A stretch of DNA of 64,000 nt, taken from contig JAHLWR010000009.1 of the NCBI GenBank assembly GCA_019057815.1, positions 76,403 to 140,402 on the forward strand, read 5' to 3'. A program made the translations under genes and the position numbers. Below, in pieces: positions 50,071-59,893 of this stretch (the stretch's first letter is position 1; every line of letters starts with the position of its first letter). Source of the DNA: Candidatus Heimdallarchaeota archaeon. Lineage in GTDB: Archaea > Asgardarchaeota > Heimdallarchaeia > Heimdallarchaeales > Heimdallarchaeaceae. The notes under the pieces are model-generated. The model was not told the DNA's origin. It saw only the letters and a list, made by a program, of their open reading frames with translations, and made no database searches.

Positions 50071-51063
50071 CTATTCACTCCTTATCCTAGGGTCAACAAA
50101 ACCATAGAGAAGTTCAGCAAAAAGTAAACCCAGCAATGTTAAACCTGCTATAATTATAAATGAACCCTGAAGAAGAGGATAGTCCTTATATAGAATCGCT
50201 TCATATAGCAATCTTCCAGTTCCAGGATAGGTAAACACTGTTTCTACAAGAACTGAACCCCCAATTAAACCACCTATGCTCATACCTATAGATGTTATAA
50301 CTGGGAGAATAGCATTTCTAAAACCATGTCTGAAAAGTATTTGTTTGTCATTTAAACCTTTAGCTTTTGCAGTTTGAATGAAATCTTCTGTTTTAACATT
50401 AATAAGATTACCACGCATGAACCACGACCAACCTAGAATCCCTGCAATAACTAAAACTGTCAATGGAAGAACTAAATGCCATAATACGTCTAATATCACT
50501 CGAAAAGTACCTAAACTTTCTATGCCTGGAGTTTTAGCACCAATGAAAGGAAAATAAAAGGGCCAATTGTGTATTCGAGCTTGGTATCCAAAGATAGAAA
50601 TGAAAATCATTCCAACAAAAAACAAGGGAATAGCGTTGTATACATTATATGTTAAGACAAATGCAGTATCTGTCTTTGACCCTCTTCTCCATGCAATCAA
50701 AGATCCTAAAAGGATACCTATAACTGCATTAATAATGAATGCTGAACCGAGTAAGAGAAGAGTCCACGGAAGTCTTTCTCCAATTATTTCACTAACAGGT
50801 CTTTTATGAAGAAAAGAATACCCTAAATCACCCTGAAATAGATTCTTCAAGAAGATTAAATATTGTTTCCATAAAGATTCATCCAGTCCCCACCTATCTA
50901 ATAAAGCATCTCTTACTTCAGGTGGAACGCGAGGATCTGTAGCAAAAATATTTGCAGGATTACCTGGCATAACATGATAGATAAAAAATACAACTGTTAT
51001 AGCTGCAAAATACGCAACTACTGCAAAAAGAACTTTTTTTGCAATATAACTTTTTAATCCCAT
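50071..51063 (-). CDS. oppB: Oligopeptide ABC permease (OppB/DppB)
   Basis: MPGNP, GDLGYS, TAKAKGL, DYPLLQG and DPRI motifs; ATG at 51063. Confidence 0.92.
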   Translation of the reverse strand: MGLKSYIAKKVLFAVVAYFAAITVVFFIYHVMPGNPANIFATDPRVPPEVRDALLDRWGLDESLWKQYLIFLKNLFQGDLGYSFLHKRPVSEIIGERLPWTLLLLGSAFIINAVIGILLGSLIAWRRGSKTDTAFVLTYNVYNAIPLFFVGMIFISIFGYQARIHNWPFYFPFIGAKTPGIESLGTFRVILDVLWHLVLPLTVLVIAGILGWSWFMRGNLINVKTEDFIQTAKAKGLNDKQILFRHGFRNAILPVITSIGMSIGGLIGGSVLVETVFTYPGTGRLLYEAILYKDYPLLQGSFIIIAGLTLLGLLFAELLYGFVDPRIRSE

Positions 51064-51102
51064 TAATATAACACCATCTCTATACTTCAACTACTTGAAA
51101 TA

Positions 51103-51119
51103 CTTTTAAATTTTTCGGG
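51103..51119 (-). promoter_or_regulatory. BRE + TATA promoter of oppB
   Basis: Minus strand reads CCCGAAAAA-TTTAAAAG, about 40 bp upstream of the ATG. Confidence 0.6.
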
Positions 51120-51129
51120 AAAAGATATA

Positions 51130-51158
51130 TGTTTAGTAAAAAAGTGACAATCTAAACA
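51130..51158. promoter_or_regulatory. Palindromic operator, copy 2: TGTTTAG-N15-CTAAACA
   Basis: Perfect inverted repeat (extends to TATGTTTAG/CTAAACATA), 10 bp upstream of the oppB BRE. Confidence 0.75.
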
Positions 51159-51177
51159 TAATTGTACAATTAAAATT

Positions 51178-51226
51178 AAAAAAAGAATGGACCTAGGATT
51201 TGGATTATTCAAACCCTAGATTCATT
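51178..51226 (-). terminator. Stem-loop plus U7 terminator after oppA
   Basis: AAUGAAUCUAGGGUUUG pairs with CAAAUCCUAGGUCCAUU (G-U pairs, one mismatch), followed by CUUUUUUU. Confidence 0.7.
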
Positions 51227-51256
51227 TAGTATATTTTTATGGCAACAATTTTGTTT

Positions 51257-52999
51257 TTACTTTCGTCTTTTTCTGAAGTATGTTATTCCAAGAATAAAGC
51301 CTACAGCTAAAACTGCAGTCATTATTTCGAATCCTGGAGCACCTTCATCTGGTTCAATTAGGTGAACTGCCATCCATGATTGCCAGTTGTCTGGACCTGT
51401 AGTATTACCCATAATCCAGCCAGTGAATTTATCTGTTCTGTAAAGGGTTACACCACCAGTAATTCTTATTGGTAAGTATGGTAAATCCTCTGCTATAAGT
51501 ACTTGAGCTTCATCTAGTTTTTGTCTAACGATTGCTTCATCAGTTTCATAAAGGACTTCATCAACTAATGTTGTAACTTCCCAACGAACAGAACTGTTCC
51601 AACCTGGAATGTTTACATTATCTGATCCCCACCATCTATTTGCGCTGAACATCCAATATGCCCAACTTGGGTGGAAATCTGACCAAAAGCCTGTCCAGCC
51701 AAGGAAAGCCCAATCATAGTCATATTTACTTGCATATGAACCACCAGGTCCACCTACTGTTGACCATAGTATATCCCAAATGACTGGTTGAACAGTTATT
51801 GAGATATTCAGAGCCAACATATAGTTTTGAATCATACGAGCAGTATCAACTGACTCCTGATATTCAGCGCTAACTCCTAGATTAAATTTTAGGGGGTCAC
51901 CTAGACCATCTTCACGGACTTTGTCATTATCGGTATCTAAGAATCCTAGATCATCAAGCAGTTGATTAGCCAGAGCTACATCATAGGCGTACTGTTCGAT
52001 GTCTGGGTTATAATATGCACCATATGGTAAGCTCATTGAAGCAGGAGCTACAAGTCCTCTTCCATAACCTGCAATTTCCATAATTTCAGAACGATTGATT
52101 CCATGTAGAACTGCTTTTCTAAAATTCACTTCATCATTTGGATAACGTCGTTGGTTCAAACCTAAGTACATAATATAGTCATTAAGATATTCATGAATTT
52201 CAATGTTGGGATCACTTTTAGCAACATTTTCTAATTCAGGTGGAACTGCACCTAGTAATTCTATATCTCCTACACTTAGAGCGTAGTAACCAGCTTCAAT
52301 TTCTCTGATGATTTGTACGATTTTTGTCTCAACCCATGGTCCATCAAGGTAATATTGATCATTTCTTGAGAATCTGAAAAAGGAGCCGTGAGACCATTCC
52401 TCTAATACGAAAGGACCACAACCTACAGGTTCCTCATTAGCAAATGTGTAAATATCAGTTATATCTTCCCAAATATGTTGAGGTACTATCCAAGTTGTAG
52501 CAAAATCATATAAAACATCTGCAGGTTTTGGTCCCCACCAGAATTCTACTTGAATTTGTGTTTCACTTAGGACAGTTATGTCAAAAATCTCATCAAAAAG
52601 CCAGCTGCGTCGTGGAATTGCAGGATCAGTCCATAGCAAATACCATGTATAATTTACATCATAGATATCCATAAGTTCACCGTCTGACCAGTAAACATCT
52701 TCTCTAATTGTAAATATCCACTTTTCGAGAGTTTCATTATGTGTCCAACCTGTGCATAACACAGGAGTTGGTTGATTGTTTATGTCATTCTGTACTAGAG
52801 CATCATATATGTGCCCAATTATATAACTTTCATAGACTGATCCCCAAGTAAAGGGATTCAGAGTCAGTGCGTCAGAGCCCATTGGAACGGTAAGAGTACC
52901 GCCAACAAAGGGATCTTGTGCAAGAACGGTAGAATAGGGTGAAAATGTCATAATGAATGCCATAAAAATTGTTGAGGTAATTAACAATTTTTTATTCAA
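51257..52999 (-). CDS. oppA: Peptide ABC substrate-binding protein (family 5) with PGF-CTERM-like anchor
   Basis: Signal peptide; WSDG and PVGCGPF motifs; C-terminal APGFE + TM + RKRRK. Confidence 0.92.
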   Translation of the reverse strand: MNKKLLITSTIFMAFIMTFSPYSTVLAQDPFVGGTLTVPMGSDALTLNPFTWGSVYESYIIGHIYDALVQNDINNQPTPVLCTGWTHNETLEKWIFTIREDVYWSDGELMDIYDVNYTWYLLWTDPAIPRRSWLFDEIFDITVLSETQIQVEFWWGPKPADVLYDFATTWIVPQHIWEDITDIYTFANEEPVGCGPFVLEEWSHGSFFRFSRNDQYYLDGPWVETKIVQIIREIEAGYYALSVGDIELLGAVPPELENVAKSDPNIEIHEYLNDYIMYLGLNQRRYPNDEVNFRKAVLHGINRSEIMEIAGYGRGLVAPASMSLPYGAYYNPDIEQYAYDVALANQLLDDLGFLDTDNDKVREDGLGDPLKFNLGVSAEYQESVDTARMIQNYMLALNISITVQPVIWDILWSTVGGPGGSYASKYDYDWAFLGWTGFWSDFHPSWAYWMFSANRWWGSDNVNIPGWNSSVRWEVTTLVDEVLYETDEAIVRQKLDEAQVLIAEDLPYLPIRITGGVTLYRTDKFTGWIMGNTTGPDNWQSWMAVHLIEPDEGAPGFEIMTAVLAVGFILGITYFRKRRK

Positions 53000-53077
53000 T
53001 TTTTTTCAATCCTTTGTTTTTTTTCTTTTGTGTTCTTTGAGACAATTTCAAAGACACTTTTTTTATTTGTTTAAATA

Positions 53078-53094
53078 TATATAAGATTTTCGGG
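53078..53094 (-). promoter_or_regulatory. BRE + TATA promoter of oppA
   Basis: Minus strand reads CCCGAAAAT-CTTATATA; same layout as the oppB promoter. Confidence 0.6.
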
Positions 53095-53106
53095 TAAAAA
53101 AGTTAA

Positions 53107-53135
53107 TGTTTAGCAAAAATGTTATAAATTAAACA
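53107..53135. promoter_or_regulatory. Palindromic operator, copy 3: TGTTTAG-N15-TTAAACA
   Basis: One mismatch; lies between divergent oppA and the serine hydrolase, 12 bp upstream of the oppA BRE. Confidence 0.72.
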
Positions 53136-53170
53136 TAATGTATATAACATATAAGAAAAGATGACTAATT

Positions 53171-54607
53171 GTGGTAACTATGGATATGAAGAAATTTAGA
53201 AAAAAGTTTGAACAAGAAGCAGTTAAAGTTATGCGTGATTTTAAAGTCCCAGGAATGTCTATTTTTGTCACGAAAGATGGTAAAACTACGTATCATAGAG
53301 CTTTTGGTATAAGAGAAAAAGGAGATGTAAAACCTGCTACAACTGATTCATTATATGGGGTTTCATCAATCACCAAATCAGTTACATGTTTGGCTATTTT
53401 ACAACTTCATGAAGCTCAAAAGTTGAATATTCACGATCCTATCTCAAAATATGTACCTGTAGATTTAATGTTTAAAGATACTCCAATAACAGTTCATCAT
53501 CTAATGTCACACGCTTCTGGAATACCTTCTTTGATGACTTTCTACTTTTCGCAAATGAATCAAGAATTATATGAACCTGTTCTTCCTAAACTCCCATTAG
53601 GTAATTGGGACGATTTTTATTTCCATCTTAATGATGCAAAGACTGAAGTTCTTAGCCCTCCAAGCAAAAAATACTATTACTGGAATGCAGGATTTACTTT
53701 ACTTGGTCAAATAGTAGAAAAAACAAGCGGACAACTATTTGAAGAATATGTTAAGGAGAACATTTTGAAGCCTTTAGAAATGAAAAGAAGCACTTTTTCT
53801 AAAGACGATGTAGAACGAGATGATGATGTTTCAAAAGGATTTAACTTTGAGCTTAAGGATAAAAAGGTGATTAGAAAACCTAAAAACCTTCTAACCGATT
53901 TGTTTATAGCTGGAGCAGGAGGATTAATTTCGAGCGTAAAAGAGATAACTAACTATTTACTTTGTCACTTGAATAAAGGAGATTTCAATGGAAAGCAGCT
54001 GTTGAGTGAAGAATTGATTAAAGAAATGTGGAAACCCCATAATAAAAATCTTACATCTCAGTATCATGAGTATTGTCCAGGTTCTATTTCATCCTATGGT
54101 TATGGATTTAGGGTTTATGATAATTACTACGGATACACATTAGTTACTCATGGAGGAGTCTCTGGAGTTACAGGTGGTCAAGTTGCATTTATCCCTGAAT
54201 TGAATTTGACTTTTGCTCAATTATACAACGTATCATGGTTGCCTACTCATTTAATGCATACAGCTTTAGCCTTGCTGTTAGGTAAAGATCCAGAAAAAGT
54301 TATGCCTTATCATATCCGAAAGAAGCATTACAAAAAACTCTGCGGAAGATATGATGCATATAAGAAAACTATAACAATGGAAATTAAGGAAAAAGAGAGT
54401 ATCCTTTACTTAGAAGGTAGTTGGCAAGAAAAATTTAAACTCCCTTTAATTCCTAAAAATGATGACCCTGAAGTTATGGATTTCTATGTGATTTTACCTC
54501 AAGGTAATATGGATGTTCCTTTCACCAAACAAGATGATGGTCACATCACTTTTGATTATGAAAGACACCTCATGCATAAAAAAACAATAGAATTAGAGGA
54601 AGATTAA
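53171..54607 (+). CDS. Cytoplasmic serine hydrolase, beta-lactamase family (Pab87-like peptidase)
   Basis: SITK, YWN and HGG motifs; extra C-terminal beta domain; no signal peptide. Confidence 0.88.
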   Translation: MVTMDMKKFRKKFEQEAVKVMRDFKVPGMSIFVTKDGKTTYHRAFGIREKGDVKPATTDSLYGVSSITKSVTCLAILQLHEAQKLNIHDPISKYVPVDLMFKDTPITVHHLMSHASGIPSLMTFYFSQMNQELYEPVLPKLPLGNWDDFYFHLNDAKTEVLSPPSKKYYYWNAGFTLLGQIVEKTSGQLFEEYVKENILKPLEMKRSTFSKDDVERDDDVSKGFNFELKDKKVIRKPKNLLTDLFIAGAGGLISSVKEITNYLLCHLNKGDFNGKQLLSEELIKEMWKPHNKNLTSQYHEYCPGSISSYGYGFRVYDNYYGYTLVTHGGVSGVTGGQVAFIPELNLTFAQLYNVSWLPTHLMHTALALLLGKDPEKVMPYHIRKKHYKKLCGRYDAYKKTITMEIKEKESILYLEGSWQEKFKLPLIPKNDDPEVMDFYVILPQGNMDVPFTKQDDGHITFDYERHLMHKKTIELEED

Positions 54608-54867
54608 GAATAAAATATTGTTAATCCTAATTTTCTCTTTTTTCCTCTAACTCTTTTTTCATTGATATTTGAATATAATAGCAACGACATCCATGAAATT
54701 ACTTCTGTCCCAAATTATATCTTGTTAGCATTAAGTAGTCTGATTCCTTACTGTTCATTAGACGAAGGTTTCTTTATTTCGTACGAGATGAAATACTCCT
54801 TCAAGTGACTTTTTGTTGTGTAGTCAAAGCTTTTTTATTCGTACTTTACTATATTATTCTGGAAATA

Positions 54868-55923
54868 ATGATTTCTAACTCCACAATATGTGAAATGGTA
54901 GAACAAGGATATTCATCAGGTTCATGCCTAGTAGAAAAAATAGACGGTTCTAAAGGAAGAGCATGCGATTTAACTTTAAGGAAGAAGAACGGCAATCTAG
55001 AACGAGTAATCACATCTTATCATCTTTCGCGACCGGAAGACTATCTTTCTATTTATCAGAGTGGTTGCAACCATACTTGTTTGAAATGTCATTCTCATGA
55101 TTTTAGTAAAGTAGTTAATGGTAAATGGATGAGTACAGATCAAATAGCAAAAGCAGCTATAGATTACAGTAAGCATATTACAGTTTATGAACCAAGAGAA
55201 GCAGCAACAAGTTGGCATGCTCATCGATTATGTCGACACTGTGGGTCTTGTGTTTTAATTGGAGAACAATCAGAAGAGTGCCCTAAGAAGTTGAAACCTG
55301 AACAGGTAGTTCTAGGTCCACAAGGTTTTGGTCCTGTAAGGAACATAGCAGCTTTTACAGGAGGAGATATTATGTGCAAACCTGAATTTTATTTAGAAGT
55401 AACAAAAAAAATAAAGAAAGAACTGGATGATTTTTGGATTCTTCTGGAATCAAATGGTTATGGTTTAACTCCTCAAAATTTGGAATCTTATGCCGCTGGA
55501 GGTATAGATGCATTCTGGTTAGACATTAAAGCTTATTCAGAAGAAAAGTACAAAAAGCTATGTGGAACAACAAATGCACACATTCTAGAAAGTGTTGAAA
55601 GAATTATAGATCATGGTTTTACATTAGAAGTTTTAACTCTGTACATTCCATTTTTCGTAGAAACTGATGAGCATGAAAAAATAGCACAATTAATAGCAAG
55701 CGTTGATTCAAGGATTCCAACAACCTTGTTAGCATTCTTCCCATGCTATAAACTAATAGAACCAATTTACAGAGCTCCAAAGAAGGAAGAGATTGTTGAA
55801 AGCTATAAATCAATGAAAAAACAAGGATTGAGAAATTTGAGAATAGGTAATCTTGGAACTTTTATAAAAGATAGTAATGATATGAAGTATCTAGAAGAAA
55901 ACTTGGGATCTGATTTTTACTGA
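54868..55923 (+). CDS. Radical SAM protein, PflA/COG1180-like
   Basis: GCNHTCLKCH, extra CRHCGSC...C, FTGGD, ESNG and LDIKA motifs; start uncertain (54805-54895). Confidence 0.85.
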   Translation: MISNSTICEMVEQGYSSGSCLVEKIDGSKGRACDLTLRKKNGNLERVITSYHLSRPEDYLSIYQSGCNHTCLKCHSHDFSKVVNGKWMSTDQIAKAAIDYSKHITVYEPREAATSWHAHRLCRHCGSCVLIGEQSEECPKKLKPEQVVLGPQGFGPVRNIAAFTGGDIMCKPEFYLEVTKKIKKELDDFWILLESNGYGLTPQNLESYAAGGIDAFWLDIKAYSEEKYKKLCGTTNAHILESVERIIDHGFTLEVLTLYIPFFVETDEHEKIAQLIASVDSRIPTTLLAFFPCYKLIEPIYRAPKKEEIVESYKSMKKQGLRNLRIGNLGTFIKDSNDMKYLEENLGSDFY

Positions 55924-57107
55924 GGTTTAACTGGAAAATAAAGATGAGTTTTTGTTCCTTTCCCTTTTTCAGATTCGATATAAATGTAACCTCTATATAG
56001 TCTTACTATACCATATACCTGTGATAATCCTAAACCAGTTCCTCTACCAACTGGTTTTGTTGTGTAAAAAGGTTCAAATACTTTACTTAAAACTTCTTTA
56101 CTCATTCCAGTCCCATTATCAGCTACTTGAATATGGACATAGTCCCCACTCCTAATTTTGTTCAATTCAAAATCTTTGATATCGTTAGATTTCACAATTG
56201 AAGCACTGATTTTCACTTTACCGTTTTCAGGGATCGCATCTCTTGAATTAAGAAGAAGATTCAACATAATTTGTTGAAGCTGATTAAAATCGATTTTAAG
56301 TTTACAAGGATTTATTTTGTAATCAATTATAATATTCTCATGAAAAAGAACATAAAAGACTTCTTGAGTTTCTCTGAAAAAAGCTTCTAATTCTACAATT
56401 TTAGGTTCAATTTTGCCTATCCTACTGAAATCTAGCATTTGACCTATGAATATAGATGCTTTTTCAGATTGCTTTAAGATAATATTGAGCATTTGCTTGG
56501 ACATATCGTTTTTTACATTTTCAAGAGCAATTTCAGTTGCACCAGCTATTGCTGAAAGTATGTTATTAAATTCATGAGCAATCCCGCCCATCAACTGTCC
56601 AAAAATTCCTAATCTTTCTTGTCTAGTGAGCTTCTCTTGAGTTTCTAGAAGTTCTTTAGTTCTTTTTTCCACTTGTATTTCTAGATTTTCAGATAGTTTT
56701 CTGTATTTTCCTTCAGAGTTCTTAAGAGCTTCTTTCAAACGTTTCTTTTCAAGAAGATCTTCAACTAGAGTGATTAGATCTTCTAAGGGTAAAGGCTTAA
56801 CAAAAAATCCTTCAGCTTCATCTTTAAAAGCAATTAATGTGTGCTCCAAACTAGCAAAACCTGTAATGTAAATACTAATAAGCTCTGGATTATCTTTTTT
56901 CAGTTCATGAAAAAGTTGAGTTCCCTCTATGTCTGGGAGCTTTATGTCAATTAATACAATAGTAGGAGAATACTTTTTTGATTTTTCAAAAGCCTCTTCA
57001 CCTGTATATGCTGTAATTACATTGATACCTTTCTGTGAGAAAATATCTGAAAGAGTTTCACATATTTGTTTATCATCATCAACAATCAAAATCGTTTCTT
57101 CAGCCAT
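55917..57107 (-). CDS. Hybrid receiver-histidine kinase
   Basis: ILIVDDD/DIKLPD receiver; AHEFNN, NSRDA and FEPFYTTK..GRGTGLGL; ATG 57107 with SD AAGGTG. Confidence 0.9.
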   Translation of the reverse strand: MAEETILIVDDDKQICETLSDIFSQKGINVITAYTGEEAFEKSKKYSPTIVLIDIKLPDIEGTQLFHELKKDNPELISIYITGFASLEHTLIAFKDEAEGFFVKPLPLEDLITLVEDLLEKKRLKEALKNSEGKYRKLSENLEIQVEKRTKELLETQEKLTRQERLGIFGQLMGGIAHEFNNILSAIAGATEIALENVKNDMSKQMLNIILKQSEKASIFIGQMLDFSRIGKIEPKIVELEAFFRETQEVFYVLFHENIIIDYKINPCKLKIDFNQLQQIMLNLLLNSRDAIPENGKVKISASIVKSNDIKDFELNKIRSGDYVHIQVADNGTGMSKEVLSKVFEPFYTTKPVGRGTGLGLSQVYGIVRLYRGYIYIESEKGKGTKTHLYFPVKPQ

Positions 57108-57117
57108 TTCAAGCACC

Positions 57118-57885
57118 TTATTCATTAATGGGTTTGTGAGTTTCTTTCCCAATTATTTTTGTTTTTGATATTTCTTGGATTAAAGAAAAGATTTCTACTT
57201 GATTAAGAGGTTTATAGAGACAAGTATAAACAGATTCATCCATAGCTTCTTGTATAATTGATGTTACTTCTTGTTTGTAACCTGTAATCATGATTGCTGT
57301 TATTTTGGGGTTGATTTCCTTTATCTTTTTATAGGTTTCCAACCCATTTAGGACAGGCATCATTACATCTATGATCACAATATCAAAGCTATTTTCTTTA
57401 GAAAGATCTATTGCTTGATTTCCACTATTTGCTGTTATTACTCTATATTTTTTCTCTTCTAGAATGTCCTTGAGAGTTATACAAGTATTCAAATCATCAT
57501 CAACAACAAGTATCAATATCCCTTCAATTGCTTTTTCAATTATTTCAAGAAATTTCCTTATATTCAAAGGTTTGTAAAGTACAGTATAAGCTCCTTCATC
57601 TAATGCTTCTCTCACAAGTTCCTCAAATGAATAAGCTGTCATCATCACAACTTTTGTTAAAGGATTAATTTCATTAATCTTTTTGAGAGTATCAACACCA
57701 TTGATTCCAGGCATTTTAATGTCCATAAAAACAAGTAGATAATTGGTTTTTTTCACCATTTCAATAGCTTTGAATCCATCATATGCAACATCAACAGTAA
57801 TTCCCTTTGCTTCTAAGATATCTTTCAGCGTTTCTGTCATATTAAGATCATCATCAACAATTAGAATAGAAATTGGGTTAAACAT
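57118..57885 (-). CDS. Double receiver-domain response regulator with no output domain
   Basis: Two REC repeats (VDDD...DIKMP...KP and VDDD...DVMMP...KP). Confidence 0.92.
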   Translation of the reverse strand: MFNPISILIVDDDLNMTETLKDILEAKGITVDVAYDGFKAIEMVKKTNYLLVFMDIKMPGINGVDTLKKINEINPLTKVVMMTAYSFEELVREALDEGAYTVLYKPLNIRKFLEIIEKAIEGILILVVDDDLNTCITLKDILEEKKYRVITANSGNQAIDLSKENSFDIVIIDVMMPVLNGLETYKKIKEINPKITAIMITGYKQEVTSIIQEAMDESVYTCLYKPLNQVEIFSLIQEISKTKIIGKETHKPINE

Positions 57886-58779
57886 TTATGACTCCTCCAA
57901 AGAAGCTTTTAAAGGGAGTTTAATCGTGAAAGTTGTCCCTTCACCAACCTTACTTTCTACCTCAATTGAACCCTTATGTTCATCAATAATTTCCTTCACT
58001 ATCGCTAATCCAAGGCCTGTACCTTTTGCCTTAGTAGTGTAAAGAGGTTCGAAAATTTTTTCTAGATTTTCCTCAGGTATTCCATCACCATTATCCATGA
58101 TTTGTATCACAACAAAATTATCTATTCTACTAGTTCTTAACACTATTTTACCTTCATCTCCTAGTGCTTGTAAAGCATTGGTAATTATATTCAGAATAGC
58201 ACGAAATACGTGCTCTTCATCTAATTTAAAGTGGGGAAGATTTGTATTCAACTGCTTTTCAATGGAAATATTTTCAGGAATCTCTACATATTTCAAAACA
58301 TCCTCAAGAATTTTGTTTAAATTACTGTTAGTAAACTTTAATTTTTTTACTTTAGCAAATGTCAATAAGTCTGTAATAATTTGATTACTTCTAACTACTT
58401 CTTTCTGAAGAATGTCCAAGTGTTTCTTTATTTTCTCGTCAGCATCTTCAAGTACCATCTTCAAGTAGTAAGTAGAATTATTAATAACACCAAGAGGATT
58501 ACGCAGTTCATGACTTATACATGATGCTAGTTGACCAATGATAGCAAGCTTCTCTTTACGAATCAATTGTTCTTGAGCATCTTGAAGTTCCCTCGTCTGT
58601 TTGTCCAACTTTGAATAAGCTATTGTAATGTTTTCATTTGTAGCTACCCAAAAAGCTTCATCTCTTTCTAGTTTTTTTAAAAGACCTTTGTATTTGAAGA
58701 ATAATCTGGCTATATCTTCGTCTGTTAGATCATCTTTTTTAGGAGATGTTTCCAAGTTTAATAACTCTTCCAAATTCAA
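57886..58779 (-). CDS. Histidine kinase with only a short coiled-coil N-terminus
   Basis: SHELRNPL, NALQA, DNGDG and GTGLGL motifs; no TM or PAS domain. Confidence 0.9.
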   Translation of the reverse strand: MNLEELLNLETSPKKDDLTDEDIARLFFKYKGLLKKLERDEAFWVATNENITIAYSKLDKQTRELQDAQEQLIRKEKLAIIGQLASCISHELRNPLGVINNSTYYLKMVLEDADEKIKKHLDILQKEVVRSNQIITDLLTFAKVKKLKFTNSNLNKILEDVLKYVEIPENISIEKQLNTNLPHFKLDEEHVFRAILNIITNALQALGDEGKIVLRTSRIDNFVVIQIMDNGDGIPEENLEKIFEPLYTTKAKGTGLGLAIVKEIIDEHKGSIEVESKVGEGTTFTIKLPLKASLEES

Positions 58780-58811
58780 TCTATTTCTCCACCAAAATAA
58801 TTTAAATGTAA

Positions 58812-59351
58812 TTAATGGAATTCTATATTGAAATAGTGTTCGTCTTCATCATTATTCACATCGATATAATCAAGGTCACCTGGAGCAGACATACCCCCAA
58901 TAATAACACCTCGCTCTATGTTCTTATTAAATGGAGTTGTACTATGAATTAAAGCTTTTCCTAGCTTTTCTTCAAGTTTTACCAATTTGAAGCTTCCTAC
59001 GAGTTCTTCAGGACCTTTAACTACACTTGCATATCCTTGTGAGCCACTCTGAAAATGTAAAAAATCTACACCTCTACTAATGAATTGTTTACCTGGCCCA
59101 AAATTAAACCAAGCTAGCATCATTTCTGTACCTACTCTTTCTAGAATTGACTCAGAGTTTTTATAATTTTTTTTCACAATTCCCTCAAGATCTCTTAAAA
59201 TCTTTAAGGGATACCATTTATTAATTTCTACATTCTTGATTAGACTCTTTGTTTCAGAACTTGTCACAATATTCAAATTGATACATGCTTGAGAAAATCC
59301 CTCAATCGTTGCACCAAAAACTTCCAGTTTATTCTCTTCCCCATTACTCAT
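58812..59351 (-). CDS. Soluble V4R/H-NOX-like putative sensor protein
   Basis: KWYP...LERVG...GSFKL...STTPF...ERGVIIG pattern; first gene of the kinase operon. Confidence 0.55.
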   Translation of the reverse strand: MSNGEENKLEVFGATIEGFSQACINLNIVTSSETKSLIKNVEINKWYPLKILRDLEGIVKKNYKNSESILERVGTEMMLAWFNFGPGKQFISRGVDFLHFQSGSQGYASVVKGPEELVGSFKLVKLEEKLGKALIHSTTPFNKNIERGVIIGGMSAPGDLDYIDVNNDEDEHYFNIEFH

Positions 59352-59893
59352 TTTATTCCCTTGTGATATTGATACTCACTATTTATTCTTTTATTTTGTT
59401 ATAAACTATTTGATTATTACGCATTTTATTAAGTCTATTAATTGAAAAGAATATTCATTTCAGCTATATGGCATGCAAAAGGATTTACAACATATCCAAC
59501 TAAGCTATAAATTACCACTGTTAAAATTCCATTAGCATTACTTAAGCATCCTTGTCTTTGGTTTGTGTTTTTCTACTGAAATGTGAAACACATTGTAGCT
59601 GATAACTGAAATATTTAAAATTCAGCAATTTGCATTTTAATAATCCATCGTAAATATCTATACATACTGATTCTTAACCTTGTTTGTTATTATAGAAGGT
59701 CACTCAACCATAGTATGATTTCCATAGTAAATAAGATAAAAAGATTTAGAGATGTCATACAGTGGTTATATTAGGAAAATTATTTAAAAAGGTTATAATG
59801 TAAAACATTCTACAGAGACATTAACAATGTTTGAGCTAATATCTCATACAGATAGGTTAAATCATTACTGCTTTCATTAGCTCAATTAATTTC

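Noticed and set aside
51186-51226. Hairpin as a eukaryote-like SECIS (it starts with AUGA)
   Set aside because: No opposing GA quartet, no in-frame TGA in oppA, and a U-tract follows as in a terminator.
58780-58811. Frameshifted sensor-kinase fusion
   Set aside because: The kinase has its own SD-like GGTGGAG and TTG start, so separate genes is the simpler reading.
59352-59893. CRISPR array or ncRNA in the long spacer
   Set aside because: No periodic repeats and no GC-rich structured segment visible.
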